NCBI GenBank assembly: GCA_963767925.1
Contig: CAVYGB010000001.1
Coordinates: 1 to 64,000, forward strand
DNA length: 64,000 bases
Source: an uncultured delta proteobacterium
GTDB lineage: Bacteria; Myxococcota_A; Polyangia; Fen-1088
Direction: 5' to 3'
Every line of letters begins with the position of its first letter. Within the stretch, counting starts at the first letter, position 1. A program made the translations under genes and the position numbers. Positions 9,256 to 18,143 of this stretch are shown piece after piece. The notes under the pieces were generated by a model. It made no database searches. It was given only the letters and a program-made list of their open reading frames with translations, and was not told where the DNA came from.

Positions 9256-10317
9256 TTAAGGCGTGCCGGTCGCCCAGCGAACGGCGGCTTCGTACAGCGC
9301 CCAGCCGGCGTTGTTCAGCGAGAGGAACGTCTGCTCCTCCGCGAACCAGCCCACCCGGCGAGCAGGCGCCCGGCCGATGCGATCGGCGGCGCCCTTCTCC
9401 AGCCCGAACATGACCGCCTCGTCCGCCTCCTCGGCGATGGTGGCGATCACGATGGCCGCGGGGACCGCCTCGGTCAGCCCGAACGGCCGCGGCTGCGAGG
9501 TGACGGCGATGGTTCCGCGCCGGCCCGCCGCCATCGGATGCTCGGGCGTGCGGATCTGCAGCTCCGTCTCGCCGGCGGAGACCGCGCTCTCACCGGGGAT
9601 GCCGAGCCCCAGGTTCACGGCGTAGCCGGCCTTGTTGCACAGGATGGGCACCGGCAGCTCCCGCAGACTCATCGGCAGCCCACCCGCGCCGCCGCCGCCG
9701 CCAGCCCCGCCGCCGCCCCCTCCGGGCAGCGACGCCGACAGGACGAGCAGCGCGTATCCCGGAGCGGCCGCGCGAACCTCGGCAGCCTGGGCCGGATTGG
9801 CGACCTCGCGGAGCTGCACCCGGAACCCGAGGCGGGTCAGCCGGTCGGCCTGGGCCATCTCCCCGGCCGAGGCCGGCAGGTCCCCCACCAGCAGCAGCAC
9901 CTGCGGCATCGCCGAGGCGTCCGGCGCCGTTGGCCCGCCACCATCCGGCGTGGGTGCGGGTGCGGGCGGAGCGGTGGGTGCGGGCGCAGCGTCGCCGCGG
10001 GTGGCCGTGTCGGTCGTGCCGCCGTCGCGCGTCGGGGTCGGCGAGGCGCGATCCGGCCCGCTGGCATCGCGGGGAGCCATGCCGCCGTCCGGCGACAACG
10101 GGTCGATGCTCGGCCCGCCTCCCCCATCGGTGCGAGCGTCCGTGCTGGTGGGCCCGGGCCCGCTCACGGAGCCGTCGGTGACGGTCGGGTCGATGAGCTG
10201 GACACCGAGCCCCTCGTCGCTCACGTCACAGGCAACGGCGGTTGTGACGACGGCGGCAAGCAGGAGCAAGCCGACATCGCGTGCGCAGCGGGACGAGCCT
10301 GGCAAGAACCGGAGCAC
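9256..10317 (-). CDS. Lipoprotein of unknown function, paralog B
   Basis: AVAC-DVSDEGL lipobox; same C-terminal domain as 8184-9119. Confidence 0.8.
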   Translation of the reverse strand: MLRFLPGSSRCARDVGLLLLAAVVTTAVACDVSDEGLGVQLIDPTVTDGSVSGPGPTSTDARTDGGGGPSIDPLSPDGGMAPRDASGPDRASPTPTRDGGTTDTATRGDAAPAPTAPPAPAPTPDGGGPTAPDASAMPQVLLLVGDLPASAGEMAQADRLTRLGFRVQLREVANPAQAAEVRAAAPGYALLVLSASLPGGGGGGAGGGGGAGGLPMSLRELPVPILCNKAGYAVNLGLGIPGESAVSAGETELQIRTPEHPMAAGRRGTIAVTSQPRPFGLTEAVPAAIVIATIAEEADEAVMFGLEKGAADRIGRAPARRVGWFAEEQTFLSLNNAGWALYEAAVRWATGTP

Positions 10318-10982
10318 GGCTGCCGCAGACTAGACTGAAAGCCAACCTCCCCACAACCGGGACCGCAGGTATTCGATGGCCAAATAGCTTCGACCCCACC
10401 AACGTTCTGAATCGTTGGGGCCGGATCGTTGGGCTGGATCGTTGGGCCGGATGGTTGGGTTGGCCCGGTGCTGACTCGTTGCTGAATCGCCGCCCCCCTC
10501 GATTGCCCTTCGCCTGGCAATCGCAGGTTGGCCGGATGGCAGCGTAGCCCGGGGCGAACGTTCTCCCCGGGCCCCGCGATGACCCCGCGCACGTCGGGTT
10601 TTGCCGAGTCTTTACCTGGGACCCGGGCAAGGCGTTCAACGCGCCATCCCGTGTCCGGGGCAATCCCGACATCCGGCAGGTGCCCAGGCCAGGCGGGCCA
10701 ATCAGGGGTGCGCCGGCTTTCCGCCGACGCCGAGGCCCAGCGCGATGATGCGGACGCCCGCCTTCAACAGGAGCGTCGGGGTGCAGGTTGGCCCGTCGAG
10801 CTCGAGGCGGCCCAGGCGAGGAAGCCCGGCCAGCACACCGAGGGCAGGGGCTGGGCCTGCACGGCGCCGCTCTCGTCGACCTGGGGGCGGCAGGCGTTGG
10901 GGCACGCCGCCGTAGGCGGGGCAGCGGCGCGAGGAGCAGGCCTGCCGGCACTGTCCCTGAGCCCCGTGCGGCGCCGGCGGGT

Positions 10983-11747
10983 TCAGGGTTTGCTGGTGCG
11001 GCCCATCGCCTTGCCCATGAACTCGAACAGCTTGGGGTCGAAGCTGGGGTGGATCTTCTGGGCCGGCTGCTCCGAATACATGCGGTCGAGCGACCGGGCG
11101 ATGCCCGGGTCGCCGCCGGTGAAGGCGCCGATCAGCGCCTCCCAGCGGCGGGCCAGCGCCTGGACCGCAGGGGCGTCCGGGGGCGTGCCCCGGTCCATCT
11201 CGGCCTTGGCCTCCGCCATCAGGTCCGCCCAGTCCTGCTCGGCCTTGCGCATGCCGTCTTCGCCGAGGGCGTCGCGCCGGTCGGCGAGCTGTTGCAGTTG
11301 TTCCTTCGTGTAGTAGCTCTCGATCATGTTCATGACCTCCACGGTTTCGATGAACGACGCGACGTCGTCTTCTCCCTGAGTCAGAAGGTTCTCCCGGAGC
11401 TGCGCCAGGCGGCCGCACAGGTCGCGCTGCTCGTCGAGGACGGCGCGGGCCCGCTCGAGGTGCTTCTCCACCAGGCGCAGCGGAGAGAAGCGCGGGTCCT
11501 CGAGGCACTGGCGCGTCTCCTCGAGCGAGAGGCCCAGCCGGGTGAGCGCCACGATGCGCGCCAGCCGCTCGAGGTCGGCGCGGCCGTACAGGCGGTGGCC
11601 CGAGTCGGTGCGCTCCGAAGGAACCAGGATGCCGATGTCCTCGTAGTGATGGAGCGTCCGCACCGAAACCCCGGCCCGGCGCGCCAGCTCCCCCACCTTG
11701 AAGGTCGCCGCCCCCCGGCGCCCGCGGCCCGTCTCTCGCTCGCTCAT
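10983..11747 (-). CDS. MerR-family regulator with TipAS-like antibiotic-recognition domain
   Basis: VGELARRAGVSVRTLHHYEDIGIL..GHRLY HTH; C-terminal VQALARRW..FTGGDPGI TipAS-like motif. Confidence 0.92.
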   Translation of the reverse strand: MSERETGRGRRGAATFKVGELARRAGVSVRTLHHYEDIGILVPSERTDSGHRLYGRADLERLARIVALTRLGLSLEETRQCLEDPRFSPLRLVEKHLERARAVLDEQRDLCGRLAQLRENLLTQGEDDVASFIETVEVMNMIESYYTKEQLQQLADRRDALGEDGMRKAEQDWADLMAEAKAEMDRGTPPDAPAVQALARRWEALIGAFTGGDPGIARSLDRMYSEQPAQKIHPSFDPKLFEFMGKAMGRTSKP

Positions 11748-11753
11748 GAAAAA

Positions 11754-11784
11754 ACCGTACGACCTGACGTCACGTCAGGAACAA
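11754..11784 (-). promoter_or_regulatory. MerR-type promoter/operator: -35 TTGTTC, 19-bp spacer, -10 TACGGT, dyad CCTGACGT-N-ACGTCAGG
   Basis: Perfect 8-bp inverted repeat at 11763-11779 inside a 19-bp spacer; ATG 6 nt after the -10 element. Confidence 0.85.
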
Positions 11785-12441
11785 GGTCTTTTTTCGTTCC
11801 CCGCGTTCGTGTGGGCGGCTTGGTGGGAGTCACCACTCGTGTTCGACGCGGCGGGAGGGCGGATGGGGAACCCGGGGTTGGCCTGGGTTGGCAATGGGTC
11901 GGCAGCCGGTGGACAAAGTGACGCTCCGGCCTGGCACTTCCGAACGCACCGGCCGATGAGCGCATTCGTTGACCTTCGCAGGACGTGAGGTTTCCCTGCG
12001 CACCGCCGGCCCGGCGGGCCGCCGGCCCGCCGGAGACGATGCCACCGTCGCAGCCGCGCGGCGGGCAACTCACCCAGGCCCGACACGGTGAATCCCTCGT
12101 CGATGCCGTCGAGGCTCAGCGCGCTGGGTGGTGGACCACTCTGACAGGCCTCACGTCCGCGGCCGCCAGGCGGACCGGCAGCCGGGGCTCGTGGCGGGGA
12201 CGGTTTACTGTGATGCCAAGGTCGGTAATCCAGCCGCTGCCCCTCATCCCCTCCGGCCGCCCCCTCTCTCACTCTGAGCTGGCACGGGGCGAGGGCGAAT
12301 AACCGTGAGTCGCCTCGATCCTCTTCCGATGGTGCGTCGGCCGGCGCGTCCAGACGTGCCAAAGCGGACGTCACTTTATCCAGGGGCTATTGGTCGTGGA
12401 TTGGTCGCGGTCGGCGGGCGCGTGATAAAAGGTACTGAATC

Positions 12442-13506
12442 ATGTTCAGCACGAGGAAATGGCTGATCGTTCTGGTTGCGGGGCTGGGGTGTGGCGGCGG
12501 CGGAGAATCGGGCGGGGGTGGACCTGCAGGCGGCGGTGCGCCCCCGGGCGGCAGCGGTGTTGCCGGCGGGACTGGAGGATCGGGCGGTGGAGCGCCCTCG
12601 GGCGGTGGCGGTGTGGCGGGCGGCGGCGCGGGGGCTGGCGGGGGTGCTCCGTCGGGCGTCGGAGGAGGCTCGGGCGGAGGGGGTGGGGCGGGGCGGGGGG
12701 ACGCGGGGGGCGGGCCCGGGAGAGACGGGGGACGCCCTCTGGATGGAGGCGGGAATGCGGGAGGAGCTGGGCGGGTGAGCGCGGGATGTGCAGCGGGAAT
12801 GGTGGCGGCCGCGGGCGTGCGGAACCTGGACATCGACGGGCAGAGCCGGCGGTTCACCGTCGTCGTGCCGACCGGCGTCCGAGCCGGCGTGACTCTTCCG
12901 CTGGTGTTTGCCTGGCACGGGCTCGGCGGATCGGGAGCCCTGGCCCGGCGGTACTTCGGAGTGGAGGCCGCCGCGACGGGCGCCGTGATCGTCTATCCCG
13001 ACGCCCTTCCGCTACCGGCGTTCGCCAACCGGACCGGCTGGGACCTGCGGCCCGAAGGCCCGGACATGAGGTTCTTCGACGCCATGCTGGCGGAGGTGAC
13101 GGCCAGCGCCTGCATCGATCTCGACCGGGTGTTCTCCACCGGCCACAGCTTCGGCGGCTACATGACCAACACCCTGGGATGCCTCCGCGGAAACGTCCTC
13201 CGCGCAATCGCCCCCGTCGCCGGCGGCCTGCCAGGCGGAACCTGCCTCGCCAAGCCCCTCGCCGCCTGGATCGCCCACGGCACGAACGACGGCACCGTCC
13301 CCTTCGCCCAGGGCGAAGCCGCCCGCGCCAACTGGGCCCAGGCCAGCGGCTGCACAACCACCACCCAGCCCACCGACCCAGCCGGCTGCGTGACCTACCA
13401 GGGCTGCCGCCCCGAAGCCCCCCTCACCTGGTGCATCCACACCCAGGACCACGCCTGGCCCCCCTACGCCGGCCCCGCCATCTGGCAATTCTTCTCCCGC
13501 CTCTGA
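12442..13506 (+). CDS. Lipoprotein esterase, PHB depolymerase/feruloyl esterase (LpqC-like) family
   Basis: Lipobox GLGC; Gly linker; PLVFAWHGLGG, TGHSFGG nucleophile, HGTNDGTV, H..DH.WP. Confidence 0.88.
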   Translation: MFSTRKWLIVLVAGLGCGGGGESGGGGPAGGGAPPGGSGVAGGTGGSGGGAPSGGGGVAGGGAGAGGGAPSGVGGGSGGGGGAGRGDAGGGPGRDGGRPLDGGGNAGGAGRVSAGCAAGMVAAAGVRNLDIDGQSRRFTVVVPTGVRAGVTLPLVFAWHGLGGSGALARRYFGVEAAATGAVIVYPDALPLPAFANRTGWDLRPEGPDMRFFDAMLAEVTASACIDLDRVFSTGHSFGGYMTNTLGCLRGNVLRAIAPVAGGLPGGTCLAKPLAAWIAHGTNDGTVPFAQGEAARANWAQASGCTTTTQPTDPAGCVTYQGCRPEAPLTWCIHTQDHAWPPYAGPAIWQFFSRL

Positions 13507-14906
13507 CCGCGGTAAACGGCCGCAACCAGACCACGCCTGGCCACCTTCGACCGCCTCGAGGGCAGGGCGATGGCCACCGGCACCACGAGCACCGCCGCCA
13601 GCGTCAGCAACGTCCACCCATCCGGCGCGAAGAGCGGCTGCCCCCGCAGCGCCTGCAGCAACAACGCCCCCGTGACCCCCAGGTACCCGATCCCCGCCGC
13701 CACCATCACCCGGGCCTCCCGACCCGCCCCCACGCCCCCGGCCTGGCCCGCCTGCCCCCGCGCCCTGCTCCGCGCCCGGCGGCCGAGCCCCCACCCGAGC
13801 AGCGGCAGCACCTGCAGCGCGTGCATGCCGATGAAGTGGGGCGCGCGCAGGTCGCCACCCTCGGTGCTCCAGCCCGTCACGGGGAGACCGGGCCCGCCGT
13901 CGGGCACCCCCACCGCGTGCGCCCCGATCGCCGGCGTCGGCCGGCCGGCCTTCATGCTCTCGAGCTGCGCCGGCGTCGGACGCGGCATCAGGAAGCCGAG
14001 ACCCGACCCGATCACCATCCCGAGCAGGCCCAGCCGGATACCCCAGCCCATCGCGCGCTCGGCAAACGGCTGCCGGAACGACCGCCAGGTGAGATAGCCA
14101 AACGCCACCCACACCACCGTGATGGCCGCCCCCATCACCGTGAACAGCAGGCCGTTCAGCGGGCTGGAGGTGTTGAAGTGGCTCGGCACCCCCCGCGCCG
14201 CCTGCACCGTGATGACGACCAGCTCGAGCGCCAGCAGCGACACCGTCACCCCCACCGCCCGCCGCATCCCCCTCGTCAGCGGCTGCAGCCAGCGCAGCAG
14301 GACCGCCAGCGTCCCCGCGGTCAGCGCCACCGACGCCCCGAACTTGCCCGGCTTGACCCAGGTCGAGATCCCCAGCACCTCCCGCGGGTCGACCAGCTGC
14401 AGGAGCAAGCTGACCGCCAGCAACCCCAGCGAGGCGAAGGTGAGCGCCACCAGGGGACCGCTCCCCTCCGCCATCCGCGTCGAGATCCCCCGGATCCGCG
14501 GCAGGCTCGCGCGCACCGCCAGGTACACCAGCAGACCCAGCGGTCCCAGCAGCAGCGTTAGCAGCAGCAGGGGTCCGCTCAGCCAGGCCGACAGGCCCCG
14601 GGCGCGGGCGTCGAGGTAGATCCAGCGTCCGACCAGGTAGTCGAAGGCCAGGAAGTGCACCCAGGCGATGGTGGCGCCCGCCGGGGTCGCCAGCAGGGCC
14701 GCCACCGAGGCCAGCTCGGGCCGGGCCACCACCGGAAAGATCTCCGGCAGGCGCGGCAGCACCAGCACGGCGTAGAGAGAGGCCATGGCCACCCCGACGA
14801 TGGGCCAGCGGTGCAGCCGTTCGGTCCACCGCCAGCGGGGGGCCAGGATCATCGTCAGCCAGAAGGGCAGCAGGACCAGGTTGCTCAGCTCGAAGACGCG
14901 TTGCAT
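13464..14906 (-). CDS. Membrane protein: ABA4-like/DUF4281 domain fused to a second multi-TM domain
   Basis: GGAGG RBS; LPFW..MILAPRWRWT, AWVHFLAFD, LLLGPLGLLVY; then WVKPGKFG.S, QAARGVPSHFN, GAHAVGVPDGGPGLP..GWST..GDLR.PHF.GMH..Q. Confidence 0.85.
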   Translation of the reverse strand: MQRVFELSNLVLLPFWLTMILAPRWRWTERLHRWPIVGVAMASLYAVLVLPRLPEIFPVVARPELASVAALLATPAGATIAWVHFLAFDYLVGRWIYLDARARGLSAWLSGPLLLLTLLLGPLGLLVYLAVRASLPRIRGISTRMAEGSGPLVALTFASLGLLAVSLLLQLVDPREVLGISTWVKPGKFGASVALTAGTLAVLLRWLQPLTRGMRRAVGVTVSLLALELVVITVQAARGVPSHFNTSSPLNGLLFTVMGAAITVVWVAFGYLTWRSFRQPFAERAMGWGIRLGLLGMVIGSGLGFLMPRPTPAQLESMKAGRPTPAIGAHAVGVPDGGPGLPVTGWSTEGGDLRAPHFIGMHALQVLPLLGWGLGRRARSRARGQAGQAGGVGAGREARVMVAAGIGYLGVTGALLLQALRGQPLFAPDGWTLLTLAAVLVVPVAIALPSRRSKVARRGLVAAVYRGQRREKNCQMAGPA

Positions 14907-14922
14907 GTCGTCACCTCCCAAT

Positions 14923-14983
14923 ATGATGACACTGTAAACATCGATGTAGACGACGTCAACATAAAAGTAGACGCCGTAAACAA
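14923..14983. promoter_or_regulatory. Three tandem 19-bp TetR-type palindromic operators at 21-bp spacing
   Basis: ATGATGAC-act-GTAAACAT (14923), ATGTAGAC-gac-GTCAACAT (14944), AAGTAGAC-gcc-GTAAACAA (14965) between divergent genes. Confidence 0.8.
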
Positions 14984-15011
14984 TCCGCCCTTCGCGTGCT
15001 ACTCTGAAGAC

Positions 15012-15695
15012 ATGAAGATCCGGGTAGCCCGCAAGCCCGCCAACGCGTATCAGCACGGCAACCTCCGCGACGCCCTGGTGCAGGCGGGGCTCAAGCTCCT
15101 GTCAGAAGGGGGGGTGGCGGGCCTGAGCCTGCGGGCGGCCGCCCAGCTCGCCGGGGTGAGCCACGCGGCCCCCTACCGCCACTTCAAGGACAAGGACGCG
15201 CTGGTGGCCGCCATCGCCGAAGAGGGCTTTCACCTGCTGACCGCCTTCCTGGCCGGCGAGGTGGAGAAGTCCGGCGCCCGCACGGTCCGCGACCGCCTGC
15301 GCGCCCAGGGCCGCGGCTACGTGAAGTTCTCCCTCGCGCACCCCGCCTACCTGCAGGTGATCTTCGGGGGCGTGGTGCCGGAGGAGACGGTGCCTGAAGG
15401 CGGGATCCCAGCGGGTCAGGAGGCCTACCTCGTGCTCCGCAACGCCGTGGCCGAGGGGATCGCCAGCGGCGAGCTGCGCGAGGCCGATCCCGACGTGCTC
15501 TCGCTGGCCATCTGGTCGACGGTGCATGGGCTGTCGCACCTCCTCATCAACCGGGCGGGCGTCATCACCTGCAACGGCGAGGTCGACATCGACGGGCTCG
15601 TCGACACCATCCTCACCTTCCTCGCCGAGGGCATCTACCGATCGAAGGCGGCCCCCGCCGCGAGCGCCCCCGCCCCCGCCGCGCCGAGCGTGTGA
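15012..15695 (+). CDS. TetR/AcrR family regulator with WHG-type C-terminal domain
   Basis: YQHGNLRDAL, LSLRAAAQLAGVSHAAPYRHFKDK, WSTVHGL; TGcTACTCT 6 nt before the ATG. Confidence 0.93.
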   Translation: MKIRVARKPANAYQHGNLRDALVQAGLKLLSEGGVAGLSLRAAAQLAGVSHAAPYRHFKDKDALVAAIAEEGFHLLTAFLAGEVEKSGARTVRDRLRAQGRGYVKFSLAHPAYLQVIFGGVVPEETVPEGGIPAGQEAYLVLRNAVAEGIASGELREADPDVLSLAIWSTVHGLSHLLINRAGVITCNGEVDIDGLVDTILTFLAEGIYRSKAAPAASAPAPAAPSV

Positions 15696-15730
15696 CCTCG
15701 CTCAGCATCCGAGGCGCCACCACCCGAGCC

Positions 15731-15827
15731 GCCGCCCCGGCGCGGGACCTGCCAGGGTTCCCGGGCGATCGACGCCACAGCGCCGCCCCGCTCCCCCGGA
15801 CCTGCCAGCGCGCGCGATCGACGCCAC
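15731..15827. repeat. Two imperfect tandem copies of about 50 bp
   Basis: GCCGCCCCG..GGACCTGCCAG..GCGATCGACGCCAC occurs twice. Confidence 0.6.
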
Positions 15828-15972
15828 CCTGCTGACCGCCGGTCGGCCGGACGCCGCCCGAAAATCGGGGCCGGGGCGGCCCTCGTCGCTGTTTGTCTCC
15901 GCCGCGGGCTCCGGTATGCTGGCGGCGCCTGCATTCCGCAGCCAACCCTTCGGAGACCCTCAGGAGAACGGC

Positions 15973-16635
15973 ATGACGGCGATGACGACGAAGAGCTCGA
16001 GGTACCCGGCCCTGGCCTTCCTGCTGCTGGGGATTGCTGCGGCAGCCTGCGACGACGCCGATCCGCCCCCGCGCGACGCCAGCGTCGACCGCCCGACCGA
16101 CGCCCGCCCGGCCGACGCCGGGGCCGGCAGCGACGCCCGCGACAGCTCGTCCCCCGACGTCCTCGCGTCCGACGCTCCGGCTGCCGACGCCCCCGTCGCC
16201 GATGCGCCGGTCGCCGACGCCCCCCCCTCCGACGCCGGCGACGCCAGCCCCCCCTCCGACACCCTCGCCGTCGACGCCGAGTTCGACGGCGCCCCTCCGT
16301 CCGATGCGCCGGGTTCCGACGGCGCCGGATCAGACGGCGGCGGCACCACGGCCACCGACGCCGGCATCGCCTGCAGCGGCGGCCTCTCGCGCGAGATGTT
16401 GTGCTCGAGCTACTGCCAGGGCATCACCTCGGTCTGCACCGGCATCAGCGCCCAGTTCGAGAGCGCCGCCGCCTGCCAGACCGCTTGCTCCGCCCCGACC
16501 TGGGCCTGCGGCGGCCTCGGCGACACGACGGGCAATACGCTGTTCTGCCGCATCTCGCAGCTCGCCGCCGCCTTCACCGCCGGCCCCACCGTCGCCTGCC
16601 CCAACGCCGGCCCCGCCAGCCCCGCCTGCCGCTAG
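15973..16635 (+). CDS. Lipoprotein with Asp/Ala-rich linker and small Cys-rich C-terminal domain
   Basis: AGGAG RBS; lipobox AAAC; DA repeats; C..YC.....C......F.....C...C...GNTLFCR..CPNAGP...C. Confidence 0.8.
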   Translation: MTAMTTKSSRYPALAFLLLGIAAAACDDADPPPRDASVDRPTDARPADAGAGSDARDSSSPDVLASDAPAADAPVADAPVADAPPSDAGDASPPSDTLAVDAEFDGAPPSDAPGSDGAGSDGGGTTATDAGIACSGGLSREMLCSSYCQGITSVCTGISAQFESAAACQTACSAPTWACGGLGDTTGNTLFCRISQLAAAFTAGPTVACPNAGPASPACR

Positions 16636-16759
16636 CGGCAGGGGCGGTCGGTCAGGGGAGCGTGATCGACTTACCGATCGCACTCCGTCCGCCCCGCCCC
16701 GCTTCCCCTCGGCGCTGCAGAAGCCGAGCGGCCGCAATATCATCAAAGGCCGGTCTTGA

Positions 16760-16993
16760 CTCCCGACCGAGCCGGGGGCCATCAACGGCGGCATGATCCA
16801 GCGGGATCAGACCGTGCGCGCGCCCGCCCTGGTGGTCGAGGTCCCGGAGAGCAAGGCCGCCGTCGAGCGGGTAAAGACCGCGGGGGGCAAGATCGTCAAG
16901 GACCCCTACCCGGTCGGCGACATGGGCATCGTGAGCTACTTCCAGGACCTGGAGGGAAACGTGCTCGGCCTCTGGCAGACCGTGAACAAGTAG
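16760..16993 (+). pseudogene. C-terminal half of a VOC/glyoxalase-family gene
   Basis: PTEPGAINGGM..V.V.....AVERVKTAGGKIV....VGDMG...YFQDLEGNVLGLWQ; in-frame TGA directly upstream at 16757, N-terminal half absent. Confidence 0.75.
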
Positions 16994-17037
16994 CTCGCGC
17001 CGACACCGACACGACCACCAGAGGGCCCGCGCCGACC

Positions 17038-17256
17038 TCACGCCCGGCGGGGGCGGGCGGACCCGCCGGCGATCGCCTCGAGCTTCGGGTCGATCGACAT
17101 CCCCTCGACCCGCCGGTTGTCGGGGTTGCGCGCTCCGGGCTCCTCGTAGACCGGCGCCGGCCCGGCGCCCTCCCGGACCGGGGCGGGGGGCGCGGTCCGG
17201 GCGGGCCGTACGCGCTTGATCGGCTTGCGGCGGACGCGGCTCTTCGTGCGGCTCAT
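17038..17256 (-). CDS. Small basic hypothetical protein (72 aa)
   Basis: ATG start, genome-like codon usage, fills a gap; no recognised domain. Confidence 0.4.
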   Translation of the reverse strand: MSRTKSRVRRKPIKRVRPARTAPPAPVREGAGPAPVYEEPGARNPDNRRVEGMSIDPKLEAIAGGSARPRRA

Positions 17257-17756
17257 CCTGCCAAGATAGGTCCCTCTCGCGCCGGTCGGGCGGGGCGAGG
17301 GCCGGTGCTGCACCGGCGGGTCCGGGCGGGTCGGGTCCGCGCCGACATGGGGCCCCGCCCTCCGACTTTCTCCGCTCGCGCGGTGCTGTTACGATGAGGG
17401 AACTCCCCGTGTCCGGCCGCTGTAACCTCGATCGCCGGTCTGTTACCGACGCCACCGGCCGGCCGGTGGACGGCGGGAGTGACGCTTTGGTTTCCCGGCG
17501 CCGCCGCCCGGCCGGCGCCTGGCGCTGTTCCTGCTAGAGGGCAGCCTGGTGACCGCCGATTCCAGCCGCCGCGACTCGCCTCTCGCCGTGCCCGGCCGGG
17601 TGGTGCGCGCGGCCCTGTCGGCCCTCCCCCCCGCCGGAGCGCGGGCAGGGGAAAAACCCCTGCCGGTAGGTCCTGGCGGTACAGTGATGCCTCCCTGGAA
17701 GCCGGCGGCTGCGCCCCCGGTGGAACGCGCCCCCGCGCCCTCCCCCTAGGAGCAAG

Positions 17757-18143
17757 ATGTCCGAGTCGAGAACCCGCATCCTCCTTGTCGACGACGACGG
17801 CGACCTCCGCCGCAGCCTGGGCGAGGCCCTGGAGGAGGCGGGCTACACGGTGACCATCACCGCCAACGGCCAGGACGCCCTCGAGGCCCTGCGCCGGCCC
17901 CCTCTGCCCCACGTCATCCTGCTCGACCTGCTGATGCCAGTGATGAACGGCTGGCAGTTCTGCACGGCCAAGAAGGCCGACCCCGCCACCGCCCCCATCC
18001 CCGTCATCGCGATGTCGGCGGCGGTCAGCAGCGACCCCCGCTCCCCCTATTACATCGAGGTGGACGACTTCATCGCCAAGCCGCTCGAGCTCGACGAGCT
18101 GCTCGGCAAGCTGGCGCCCTGGCGCCCGGCAGGACGGTCATGA
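17757..18143 (+). CDS. Single-domain response regulator receiver
   Basis: AGGAG RBS; ILLVDDD, LLDLLMPVMNGW, MSA, IAKP. Confidence 0.93.
   Translation: MSESRTRILLVDDDGDLRRSLGEALEEAGYTVTITANGQDALEALRRPPLPHVILLDLLMPVMNGWQFCTAKKADPATAPIPVIAMSAAVSSDPRSPYYIEVDDFIAKPLELDELLGKLAPWRPAGRS

Noticed and set aside
10560..10620. c-di-GMP-I riboswitch (GGCAAAACCC on minus strand)
   Set aside because: GNRA-capped stem and GACGCAAAG core not found
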